From Xylographa opegraphella (taxonomy: Eukaryota): a DNA stretch of 36,934 nt. A model generated the notes under the pieces. It was not told the DNA's origin. It was given only the letters and a program-made list of their open reading frames with translations, and did not search any database. Position 1 is the first letter of the stretch, and every line of letters starts with the position of its first letter. Positions 1 to 10,818 of this stretch are shown here, piece after piece. Both the position numbers and the translations under genes were made by a program. The stretch is from contig JALDZX010000107.1 in the NCBI GenBank assembly GCA_022813865.1, forward strand, positions 1 through 36,934, read 5' to 3'.

Positions 1-57
<57 letters not shown>
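1..57. repeat. (TAA)19 microsatellite, open at the window edge
   Basis: Perfect TAA tandem array. Confidence 0.97.
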
Positions 58-59
<2 letters not shown>

Positions 60-960
60 TACAGTATAAAATACACGCAAATTTGCAAAATACGTATATA
101 TTTATATAAATCGCTTAATATAATATAATGCACGTAAATTACGCAGACCACGCGAATTATACAAATTACGTAAATTACGCAAATTACGTTAATTACGCAA
201 ATGACGCAAATTATACAAATTACGTAAATTATACAAACTCGTAAACGTAATAAATACGCGCAGGGCTGCGAAATACGTTTATTATAATAAAATACGCGCA
301 GATTTGCGAAATACGCTCATTATAGTAAAATAAATGCAAATTACGCAGGCTCGCAGGCGTGACGAATTGTTAAGGTTCTCCCTTTGCAGGGTGGAGCTAA
401 AACACTAGAGGACTAGCGCGCGGTCGTAAGACGACCCTATGCCCCCTCCTGCTTCCATGTGCCCTCGTAGGGGGGCACTGGGGGGCACTGGGGGGCAGGA
501 GGGAGCACACCAGAACATGGCTTCTATATAGAGTGGAGGATCTCCTATGTTGTAGAAGGCGTGTTCAACTCATGTTATGATCTTAGACTACTAGGCTTCA
601 ATACAATACTGTACAAAGACTATTAGACTGGAGCATTAAGACTGCATCGTGACTTCCTATCTACTCATTGACGAATCCAACCCAGATCCCTGATCGAACT
701 ATACTAGTGAGAGGCAGGATCGTAACACGAATATGCGCGAAAATCACGCAGATTCGCAAACATGATAAATACGCGCAGACCTGTGAAATACGTTTATTAT
801 AATAACATATGCGCAGGCTCGCAGGCGTAATGAATACGCGCAGGCCTGGTGAATATGTGTAAATTCACAGGCCACGCAGGCGTATAGTATAATATACGCG
901 CAGGCCTGATAAATGCGTGTAAATTCACAGGCCACGCAGGCGTGTAATATACGCGTAAAT
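60..960. repeat. Degenerate minisatellite / subterminal-type repeat array (acgcaaatt and acgcgcagg motifs), interrupted by the solo LTR
   Basis: Many copies of ttacgcaaa and aatacgcgcag on both sides of the LTR. A ~60-bp tandem unit occurs at about 833-892 and 893-950. Confidence 0.75.
368..727 (+). mobile_element. Solo LTR (360 bp) of a Gypsy element related to element B; not RIP-mutated
   Basis: Starts TGTTA and ends TAACA. Perfect 5-bp TSD CGAAT at 363-367 and 728-732. TATA-like ctatatag at about 524-531. The reverse complement of about 525-727 aligns with the LTRs at 9869 and 15745 (tgttacgatcctgc...atcataacatgagt.gaacacgcctt). Confidence 0.95.
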
Positions 961-1047
961 TCAAAAATTTGCGATTATTATAAAAATAATTATAAAAATG
1001 TATTTTAAAAATTTTCATGCATAATATAAATTTTATATCATTATGTG

Positions 1048-2000
1048 ACTGGGTTAATTTAATTCAATTCAGAATTCAACCCAGAAAATTGAATTAAATC
1101 GAGATCCCTTTGAATTCAATTCAAAATTCAATTCAAAATTCAATTCAAGTTCAATTCAATATATAACTCAATAAATTAATTCAAATTATACCGTAATATA
1201 ATTTTATTATATTTTCTTATATTATCGCGGCGTTAATTATACGCATGTTCATTTTTACTAAAATCAATAAATCATTTAATTTTATAATATAAAATTAAGA
1301 GGCTCACGAAAAACAATAAATATACGTATAACACGAGTCAATTCAATTATTCTCGTTATTATTTTTTTCTTTTTTCTTCTCTTTTTCCTCTTTAATAATA
1401 CTTTTCATGTTTTGATCGTCGTTATTATTAAATAACTACGTAGTCGTTTTTTGTTTTTTATTAAAAATAAAGTCTCGCCCTGCTTGTAAAATAACGAAAA
1501 TTGCCAAGCGAGAGCTTGAATCGCCATAAATTCGGCGACGTTAATACGCGGGTATATAATCTCGTAGTTGTTTATAATTAATATAATATATTTATTAATT
1601 TCTATATTTCGTATAAAATACCTATTACGCTATTAATATTTATGATATTTTTTAATAAATTATAAGCTCGGGTTAATTATAAATTCAATTATTATTAAAT
1701 TTTATCGTTCATCAATTTAACGATTATTTTTACCTTTATAAACCTTCGTGTCGATTAAAGTATTTAATTCGAATATAGCTATAATAATTATTATACGTAA
1801 AATTCACGATTAATTTATATAAATATTAAAACAAATTTACTTTAAATTTATCACATAACGATTTGTAAAATAATTTACCCGCTTGCCTTTATTATAAAAT
1901 ATTCAATTTTTCGCAATTTCTAAATTCGTTTAAAATTTAAAGGTTTTCTTCGATATTTATCATTTTTTATTCGGCGTTTAAAAGCCTCGACGGAATTGTT
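1048..2000 (-). mobile_element. Possible RIP-degraded DNA-transposon (hAT-like) 3' end with an (aattc)n subterminal repeat cluster at 1048-1185
   Basis: A dense aattcaattc cluster is followed by degenerate coding-like sequence. On the - strand this ends in a putative acidic tail and contains a possible de-RIPped 'DILWWR'. The family assignment is weak. Confidence 0.3.
1488..1650. repeat. Diverged direct duplicate of 3004-3170
   Basis: aaataacgaaaatt...ttcggcga.gttaatacg...tatataat.tcgta.tt.tttata... is shared, and most differences are transitions. Confidence 0.85.
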
Positions 2001-2062
2001 ATATAAATAAAAAATACGAAAAAGAGAGTCGTAGTCGAGAATAATAAAATTAAAAAAATATC

Positions 2063-2240
2063 GGTTTAATGATTTTGCTATAAAATAAATTATTAATTAT
2101 AGTAGGAAATAATAGTATTATAATTCTGCTGTAGAATAAATTATTTTTAATGATTTTGCTGTAAAGCAGATCGTTAATTAAAACAAAAAGCGATAATACT
2201 ATAATTTTACTATCAAATAAATCGTTAATTATAGCAAAAA
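2063..2240. repeat. Degenerate tandem repeat (tgattttgct.taaa...aaat.gttaatta units)
   Basis: Four related units. The periodicity is visible in the spurious ORF 2050-2250 (INDLFDSKII / INDLLYSKII / NNLFYSRII / INNLFYSKII). Confidence 0.7.
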
Positions 2241-3003
2241 AGCAAACCAAAAATCGCTGCGAAAAAACGAGGCAGATAAAATAATTATCGTTTATAATAA
2301 TTATTAAAATGGTCGAATATTTAATATTATGGCCGTGTAAAGTTTTCGCTATTTTTTATGCAAATTACACGTGTTTTCATTAATATTATTTATAAACAAT
2401 ATCGATATTAACGTTTTTCGCTTATTATGATAACTATTTATTTTTTTCGCTTCGTTATATAATTATTTTCATAGCTATTAATACAATACGTTGAAATGAT
2501 TTTTTCTCGTATAAACTACGGAACTATAGCTTGATATTTCTTTTTTAATTTGTAAATTTTTTTTAAATATCAATACTAAATATCGCTAAGTTTATACTAT
2601 TGAGTTTCTATTATAACTACGACCCGACTCGACTCGAAAATCGTTCATAATAATTAATAAAAGTTATTTATTATGGTAATGTTAAAATATTTTTGTTAAA
2701 AACGTTATTATATAGAAGTTTTTTTTTAATTTTTTTACTTTCTTTATAATTATTATATTAATAGTTTTATTATTCGTAATTTATCGCTATATCGCCGCTA
2801 CCTCGCGATTATGAAACTATAAAATACTTTACTAAAAAGTTAAAAAAATACTATTTTGAAAAACCGATGTAAAATATTTCGCTAAAATATTAAATAAAGT
2901 ATTTTATCAAAAAAATGAAAAGCAGTCGCTATTTATAAAATTTTATTTTAATAAATCGATTTTTTAAAAAAAAATATTAAAAATAAAGTTTCGCTTTATC
3001 TAT

Positions 3004-3170
3004 AAAATAACGAAAATTATTCAAAGAAAGTCTAAATTATCGTAAGTTCGGCGATGTTAATACGTAAATATATAATTTCGTAATTATTTATAAATGATAT
3101 AATATATTTATTTACATTTATATTCTACGTAAAATATTCACTGCGCTATTAGTACCTATCGTACCATTCA
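3004..3170. repeat. Diverged direct duplicate of 1488-1650
   Basis: Same alignment as for 1488-1650. Confidence 0.85.
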
Positions 3171-3523
3171 ATATTTTCGTTCAATAAACGTTTTTTGTTT
3201 TATTAAATTTTTGAATATTTTGAACAATTTTAAATATATTAATATAAAAATATAATAAACGCGCAGTATTCACAGAGAATAAATTAATTATAATTATGCG
3301 TTTAATAATTATAATTTAACGTTTTAATAACTTGAGTTTGTATTTTTGATAAACTTATACGATTTTTAAAATTAAATCTAATTAAAAGAATTAATACTCG
3401 ATTTTTAATTATTATATTATTAATATTTATTCACAGTCAACGTATAATAAATACATAAAAATTATTTATTTAGTATTAAAAGGTTTTAATTTATATTTTA
3501 ATTATAATCATTTTTAGCGATTT

Positions 3524-4150
3524 CATCAGCAAAAAGGAAGAACGAAAATTTGATCAAAAAGTATACTCTTTGCGTAAAAAGCAAATTTGCAAATATAGCA
3601 CAAGGTTTTTGATTTTTAAATACAAAAAGTATACTTTTTCCGTATTCAAGACGTTGAACACGTTCAAACCCTTTTTTATTGAATTAAAAAATTAAAAAAT
3701 TATTTTAAAATGATTAATTCATTCAAAAATTATATTTAAAAATTGTTAAGCAACAAATATTTCTCAAAAAAAAATTCTAAATCCCTTTAAGCAGATCTCT
3801 TACCAGATTTATATAAATAATATAAATATCTAATTAAATTAATTTTATGTAAAAAATTTAAATTTGTTAAAATTTTCAAATTATGTTAAATATTCGTAAA
3901 GTTATAACGTTAACGAATATTGAGGAATAATATTCGTTAATTTAAAACCTTTTAATTTATTCTATTTTTAGCTATTTTTAATAAAATTTTTAAAACGTAT
4001 TTTGAATATATAAATTTTTAATTAAAAAGCAAAAAGTAAATTCTTTTATTAAACGTATTAAACGTATTAAATATATTAGATACGTAAAAAGTATACTTTT
4101 TGATCGATTCGTAAAACCTTGGATTTTAAGCAAGGATTTTTTTCGCTGAA
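3524..4150. mobile_element. MITE family copy 1 (reverse orientation to copy 3; right end degenerate)
   Basis: Begins catcagcaaaaaggaagaacgaaaatttgatcaaaaagtatac and is colinear over about 600 bp with the reverse complement of 20183-20894. Confidence 0.85.
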
Positions 4151-4923
4151 ATTACGTCATATCTTGAATATAAATTCTAAAATTTATAACGATTGAAATA
4201 AATTTCGACAAAATTTAAATAATATTAAAAATAAATATATAATTTATAATATGGTTTATAATTTGCAAAATAATAAATATAATTATAAAATCGCTTTTCT
4301 AACAATTTGATAAAAATACGCGTTAAAAACTCATTATTCTTTTTAAATAACGATAATACGATGTAAAATCTTTTTAAAAACGTAAAAGAAAAACGTAAAA
4401 ATAACGAATTTAAAGTTTTTTAACGTTAAAAATTTTGATTTATTGAATATTAATCTTTTATTTTGATTTCGTATAATTTTATTTTTTGAAATTGCTTTCT
4501 CGATATGAATTTTTAATTACGACGATTCATTATAGTATAATATCAATTAAAAATACGAAAAATAGCATTAAAATATATAGTTACGTAATAATATAAATAA
4601 CATAAAAAATTGAAGGGCGATTAAACGTAAAAATAACCCAAATGAAAAATAAATTAAAATAAAATTAACGCAAAAAACTTGAATGATTAACGTGATATTT
4701 TCGGCATTACGAATTACGAATTATATAATCCGCGTAATAATTCTTATTAATTAAAAGAACTAGAAAAAAGCAATTTTAAAACATTACAAACTTTTCGAAA
4801 ATCGAACGTAAAAAAAACGTAATAAAGAATATCTCAATTTATACGTATATAAATAATTTTCTCTCGCATAAACTTTATAAAATTTTATTTTAATGTAAAA
4901 TTGATAAACTAATAAATAATATA

Positions 4924-5544
4924 TATTAACAGAAAAATTAACTTCAAATTTAAAGTTTTACGAGTCGTTTGTATAACGCGAAAATTATAATTTTTACGTA
5001 TTCAACACGTTTAATCATTTCAATAAATAATTTTATTTTTAAAATTTTTAAGAAATATGTGATACGTTGAAAATATATGTAAAAAGTAATTAAAAAGTAA
5101 TTAAAAATAAAATAAATTATAAAGTTTTAAATTTATAAATATTACTCGTTATCATTCGTGAATATTGTAATGTTACGAATACTTAACGTAGTTTTTTTTC
5201 AAATAAAATTAATTTAATTTAATAATATATTTATATTATTCATAAAAGTTTGACGAGAAATTTATTTAAAGAAATTTAAAGAAAAATCGAATTTCTTTTC
5301 GTTTAATCAATTTTTATTTATTTTGAATATTTTATAAAAAAATTTTAAGCGATTTAATTTTTTTCGAAATTTTTTTGGAATTTTTGAATTTTAAATTTTT
5401 TTGCTAAACGTGTTAACCGTTTTAAAAGCGCAAGAAATATATAAAAAACATACAAAAATTAAAATCTTTATACTATCTCTGCTGGTTTATCTTTTGCGCA
5501 GAAATTTTTTTTGATAAAATTTCCTTTTTTCTTTTTTGTTGATA
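4924..5544. mobile_element. MITE family copy 2 (621 bp) with TA target duplication
   Basis: TA|tattaacagaaaaa ... tttttgttgata|TA. The interior 5150-5300 aligns with 20500-20650. Confidence 0.8.
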
Positions 5545-5546
5545 TA

Positions 5547-5682
5547 AAGTTTTTCGAATTTGTTATTTCGTTATTATTTAAGTGAATTATTCATTCGTGA
5601 ATTTAAATTGCTAATTATTTTATATTTAATTTAGCCGTCTCTCAATTAATTTAAGAAAATAATAATTTAAATTTCGCCGTCG
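5547..5682 (-). mobile_element. Continuation of LINE copy 2 on the other side of element A
   Basis: The reverse complement (ggcgaaatttaaatt...aaataattagcaattt...aaattcgaaaa) aligns with 35382-35520. Confidence 0.8.
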
Positions 5683-5909
5683 TGTTGTAACTACAGATCG
5701 TAGGTTTTTGCTCCAAATCCCTGTAGTAATTATAAAATATAAATTTTAACTGCAGTTACCCTGATTGCTTATCAAAGCTCCTGTTATATATAATTAATAA
5801 AGGCTTTTTATTTAATTAAAATTCTTTACATATATATAAAGTTTTTGACTTTTTGATCATTATTTTTTACTATTTATATAATTATTTATTTTGAACAATA
5901 TTTATAACA
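5683..5909 (+). repeat. 5' LTR of element A
   Basis: TGTTGTAACTACAG...TTATAACA; aligns with 18560-18794. Confidence 0.92.
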
Positions 5910-5919
5910 TATCAGAGTA

Positions 5920-8900
5920 ATGTCTGCTTTATTAACAAAGAACTAATTTCTTATTTTATTAAATTTATTTATTAGTTCCAACCAATAATTCTAGTGTTAT
6001 TTTAATCTTTTATTATTTTAATTAACTATTTAAATTCGGGCTTGTTTTATTTTATAATACTTTTTTTAAATGAACTCCTTTAAATCGCGGTTCATATTAT
6101 TGAATTACTTTCGTTTTATTTTTATATTCTTTATTATATTCCTAAATACAAAAATCGAGAATTAATTAATTGTTCTAATTTATTCGTATTTTTGATTAAA
6201 TTTACCTATCGGTTTATTTTTCTGCGTTATTTACCAATTTTTTTTAAATATAAATAAGGAAATTAATTTTTTTATATTATTTTCGCGACAATTGTTTTAT
6301 TCGGTAGTATTTTTATATATATAAACATTTTATTCTAATTTGATTAAAACGCTAAACTAGCGTTTTTCTTATCGTTTTTTATAATAAAATATATATATTA
6401 GTTAAATTTGTATTTATTGAAATCGAAGATAAACTTGTATTCGATTTAAACTAAAGTCGGGACTTTTCAAAATTTAATACGTATTTCAATGAAATATTTT
6501 AAAACTATCGAGATTAAATTGCTAAAAATTTAATAAATTAAAAATATCTTACCAAAAAAATCTTACTAAAAAAATCTTTATTTTCAAACGAGTAATTAAC
6601 AAACGTCGCAGCGATTTATTAAATTTTTAAAATTCTTAATCGTATTTTTATAATTTTTAGAAATTGATTAAATATTTAAAATCAAAATATTACGAAATAA
6701 GTTTATCCAAAATATCAATATTTTTTTTAATTAATAATAAAATAATACCTTCGATTATTTTATTAATTACGTATTTTACCCTCGCAGTAAATTTAAAATA
6801 AGTTTATTAATTCTTTTAAAAAAATTTTATCCGTTTGTAGTTCTTTTTTAAAATTAACAAACGTTTTAATTTCCGAAACAATTATTTCTATTTGAAGAAA
6901 ATTAAAACGATTATTTTACAGTATCGATTTAAAATTAGCGTTTTATAATATATTTTTTAGAATTAATAAGTTTTTTAATTTCTTTCAATATTTTAAATAA
7001 TATTTAACCCAAATCAAAATATAAAATTTCTATAAAAGTGATTTATCGCTATTGTAAATATTGCAGTAAATTTAGATATAGCAAATTTTGTATAAATATA
7101 AAATATAGTAACTATAAATATTTATTATTTAATATTTCAAAATAAAGAAAATAGCCTATTTCGAGATTAGTAATAATATTATTTTAATTAACATAAACGA
7201 TAAAAAACAATTTATTATAATATATAAAGCTTTATCTTTCGTGTTCGAATAAAGATTTTAACAAAAATATTAAATAAATTAAAATATAATTTTAATACTT
7301 GCTTGCTAGATAAAGCTAAAATATAATATATTAAGAAACTAAATAATCTTTTTTAATCAGGCCTGTACAACAATTTAAGTAAAATGAAAGTTTAATATAA
7401 AACTTTAAAAAATAAATTTCGAAAAATTTCTGGCATTTTTTTATTCCGATTAAAATGATTATATTATACAATTAAAAATGCAAGAAATCGAAAGAATTTT
7501 AAAAAATGCTGCTAGTAAATAGTAATTCATAATAAAAATTTAAATATTATCATAATAAATTATAGCTATATTTTATTAATATATTAATACTTTGATAATA
7601 CTTTAAAATCATTTTCTGTTATAATTTTTACAACCATTACGACCAAGTTTATTAAATCTTTTATAATTTAGAAATATTTTAATATATATATATATATAAA
7701 TTCGAAGATCAAAAAGAAAAGAATAATAAAAATATAATAATCGCAGTTTTTTTATTTTAAAATTTTAATTTTCTTATTAAATTAATTATCGGGATTTCCA
7801 AAATCGGTTTCTTGAATACCACTATTATTATAATGGTTAGAAAAACGATAATAATAAGAAACAGGGTTAAAATTTATCGATTAAATAAGAATTCGAAAAA
7901 GAAAAGGGAAATAAATTTTTAAAAATTAACAAACTTACTTTAGAAAATTTTATTAAAAATTTTAATTGACTGAAATTTTTAATAACGTTTCGAAAAACGA
8001 TAACGAACTGTACAAAATTTATAAAAAAATTATTATTAAAATGTTACCTTCCAGGGTAAAAATTATTATAATAATAGTAATAATAGCGGAAATAAAGAAA
8101 ATAATATAGTCAAAGTCAATTTCGCAACTAATATTACCAAATTTTATAAATATAAAAAATATGTTACTTTTTTATTATCATTATTAACATTATTAACACG
8201 TTCGCCAAAATTTATATATTAAACCGCTTAAAATTGATACGAAAAGGGCATTTATCGTGGAATAAAAAGTATTTAAAATATTTTATGTCGAATTAAAAAT
8301 GTACTAAAAAGAACTTTTTAATTAATTAATGTTAAAATCGATGCTCTCGAAAATTTTGTTTAAAAATGAATATTCCTTGCACAACTAGCGATATATTACG
8401 ATTAAAATTAATTTAAGCTTTTTTATCAGAGAGAAAACGAATATTTATTTAGATATTAAATATATTATAAATTTTATTGGTAAAAACTTTTTTTTATAGC
8501 GCTGTTGTGATATAAAATTTAAAATAATATTTATATTTATAAAAATTTATAGTATTGACTCGTTTAGCTATACAGCGAAATAATAAACCGTTGTTAATAT
8601 ATTTTTGGAAAATAATAATAGTAGAATAGTTTATATTAGACGGGAAATTCATTTAATTAATAAATTGAAAACGAATATATTTATAAAAATCGATATCATT
8701 ACCCCTGAAAGCATTTTAATTAATACTATATTAAAAAAAGCTAGATTTACATATTACGACTTTATTTAAATATTTATATTTATTAAAAATCGATTATTAA
8801 AAGATAAAAAACGATTATTCTATTTATACTCGTTAAATTATATTTATTAAAAATATTCAAGGAAAAGCCTTAAATTTTCCTAAAGATGGTAATTTTCTTT

Positions 8901-9868
8901 TCAAATCGAATAAAATTCAGTAATAATTATCAATATTTACTTATATTATTAATTATAATATATTTTTAATTTTCGTATAAAACGATTTTAATATAAACGT
9001 TAATTTATTACGAAATATACGTATAAAAAACGTAGTAAAATATAATATAAATAACTATTTTAGAACGACGGTTAAAACATTATTAAATAACGCAAAATTT
9101 ATCGCAAAATTATGGAAATCAAAAAAATCAAAAAAATCAAAAAAATCAAAAAAATCAAAAAAATCAAAAAAATCAAAAAATCAAAAAAATCAAAAAAATC
9201 AAAAAAATTAAAAAAATTAAAAAAATTAAAAAAATTAAAAAAATTAAAAAAATTAAAAAAATTAAAAAAAATGATAGAAAGATTTATTAATATAACTATT
9301 ATTAATTAGCGGTTCTATTTCTAAAGTTAATTTTTTTTGAATCGCGTAAGAATATAAATTTGCGGAGGAAATTATGATTTATAATAATATATTAATTATT
9401 ATATTTTTAAAATTTATTACGACAAAGTACTTTAATTTTTAAATTAATAGAAGAAATATTAAAAATAAATTTAAATTCGAATAAATAAATATATTTTTAA
9501 TAAATAACTAAAAAAGCATTATAAATTTAAATAAATTAAAGTGTATTGAATAAAACAACGGGATCGTAATATTGTCGACAAAATCTTCAATAATTATATA
9601 TAAAAAAAATGAAATAAACAAACTTTGCTATATTCTTTAACTATTTATATTTTATAATTTAAATCAATTGAAATATATAAAGCAAAAATAAAATAATTAT
9701 CGACATTTGAATTTTTAATAAAATTACGATATTAAGTATTTATTTAATACCTTTTTAAGCGAAAATACTCGCAGTTATAAATAACGTTATATATATTACT
9801 ATCGTTAATGTATATTCTTTTTCATTCTTAATTAATAAAGAAAATACACTGATATCGTTTAATAATTC
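5920..9868 (+). pseudogene. Element A gag-protease-RT (N-terminal part), RIP pseudogene
   Basis: About 8440-8495 reads YLDIKY, de-RIPping to CLDTGC (aspartic protease). 9540-9868 reads QRDRNIVDKIF...IIDI*FLNKIT...L*SEILAV...YITIVN...H*YRLII, the fungal Gypsy RT N-half. The gag start is not definable. Confidence 0.8.
9115..9270. repeat. 9-bp microsatellite (AAAAAATCA)n switching to (AAAAAATTA)n
   Basis: Directly visible tandem array inside element A. Confidence 0.95.
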
Positions 9869-10214
9869 TGTTACGATTCTGCTTCTCATTAATATAGTTC
9901 GATTGGGGATCTGAGTTGAATTCGTTAATAAATGAATAAAAAAGCACAGTAACAGGTCAATTATTTTCAAGAGTAATAATTTTCGTATAAAAAATTTGTA
10001 TTAAAATTTACTATTTTAAAATTATAATATAAGCTGAATACGCCTTTTAAAATAAAGGAAATCCTTTGCTTTATATAAAAAAATTATTTTAAAATGCCTC
10101 CCATGCCTCCCAAGGGTGGCTACTAAGGCAAAGGGGTTATGCCTTCCATGCCTTTTTAAGAAAACACAAAAGATAGCCGAGATAAGGTTCCCCCGACCCT
10201 TGTTTTGTACAACA
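9869..10214 (-). repeat. 3' LTR of element B (~346 bp)
   Basis: TGTTACGAT...TACAACA. The first ~208 bp align with 15745-15952. The right boundary is inferred from the AACA end and the 360-bp length of the related solo LTR. Confidence 0.8.
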
Positions 10215-10288
10215 TTGGTCAGAATTTTATCACTAATTTTCCCCGCCAGATTCTTGCTCCGAAAGAATTCCAGCAGTTTTGTTATATT

Positions 10289-10818
10289 ATGCTAAAAGAT
10301 AAATTAACCAGCGTTCATCGTCGAAAGGTTCAATCGTACAGTATTCGTGATAAAGGAAAGTTCACGATGCATTCTTGCGATCGCTGTATTAAGGAGTATT
10401 TTATTTATGCAATTTATTCGAAGTCAGAGTTTTACGCAAATTGCGTAACAATTAAAACTCGCTGTTATTTAATCATTATTGAGGCTGATCGTCGTAATTT
10501 AAAAAAACAAAAGAATAAAATAAAATATTAAATGGCCGAGGTGAAACAAACTCTGGGCCAGGTTTAACAAACCCTTGATCGTAAGAAGCGTCGACTTTTG
10601 GACATTAAAAACGAAGAACGAGAAATATTCCAACATAAAATGTTCAATATCGCAGCCCTAAAAAACAATAAACGTTAAAAATAAAAGTTTTTCCCAACGA
10701 TTTCTTCGAGTTTCTTCTCCTTTTTTTTCCTTTTAGAACTTTGGAAGCTTCTTTTTTTAAAATTTTTGCTTTGCTTGGTAATATTGTTAAAAAAATTTCC
10801 GATAATTCCCAAGGTTAA
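10289..10818 (+). pseudogene. Antisense accessory ORF of element B: Zn(II)2Cys6-like cluster + coiled coil + low-complexity tail (~176 aa before RIP)
   Basis: ATG at 10289. CDRC-x6-[Y]-x8-[Y]ANC-x6-C at 10376-10465, where both Y codons (TAT 10406, TAC 10433) are TpG>TpA products of Cys codons. In-frame TAA stops (10529, 10565) are explicable as CAA>TAA. Probable 1-nt frameshift near 10690; stop at 10816-10818. Confidence 0.8.

Noticed and set aside
1..57. Telomeric repeat
   Set aside because: TAA is not the TTAGGG-type repeat; it is an ordinary microsatellite.
744..1018. Two small overlapping ORFs with repeated Cys/Tyr motifs
   Set aside because: They are by-products of the ~60-bp tandem repeat, with no domain evidence.
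4700..4900. Weak inverted similarity to 23010-23160
   Set aside because: Only short AT-rich word matches, which I could not extend by eye.
9112..9309. Lys-rich 65-aa ORF
   Set aside because: It is the translation of the 9-bp microsatellite.
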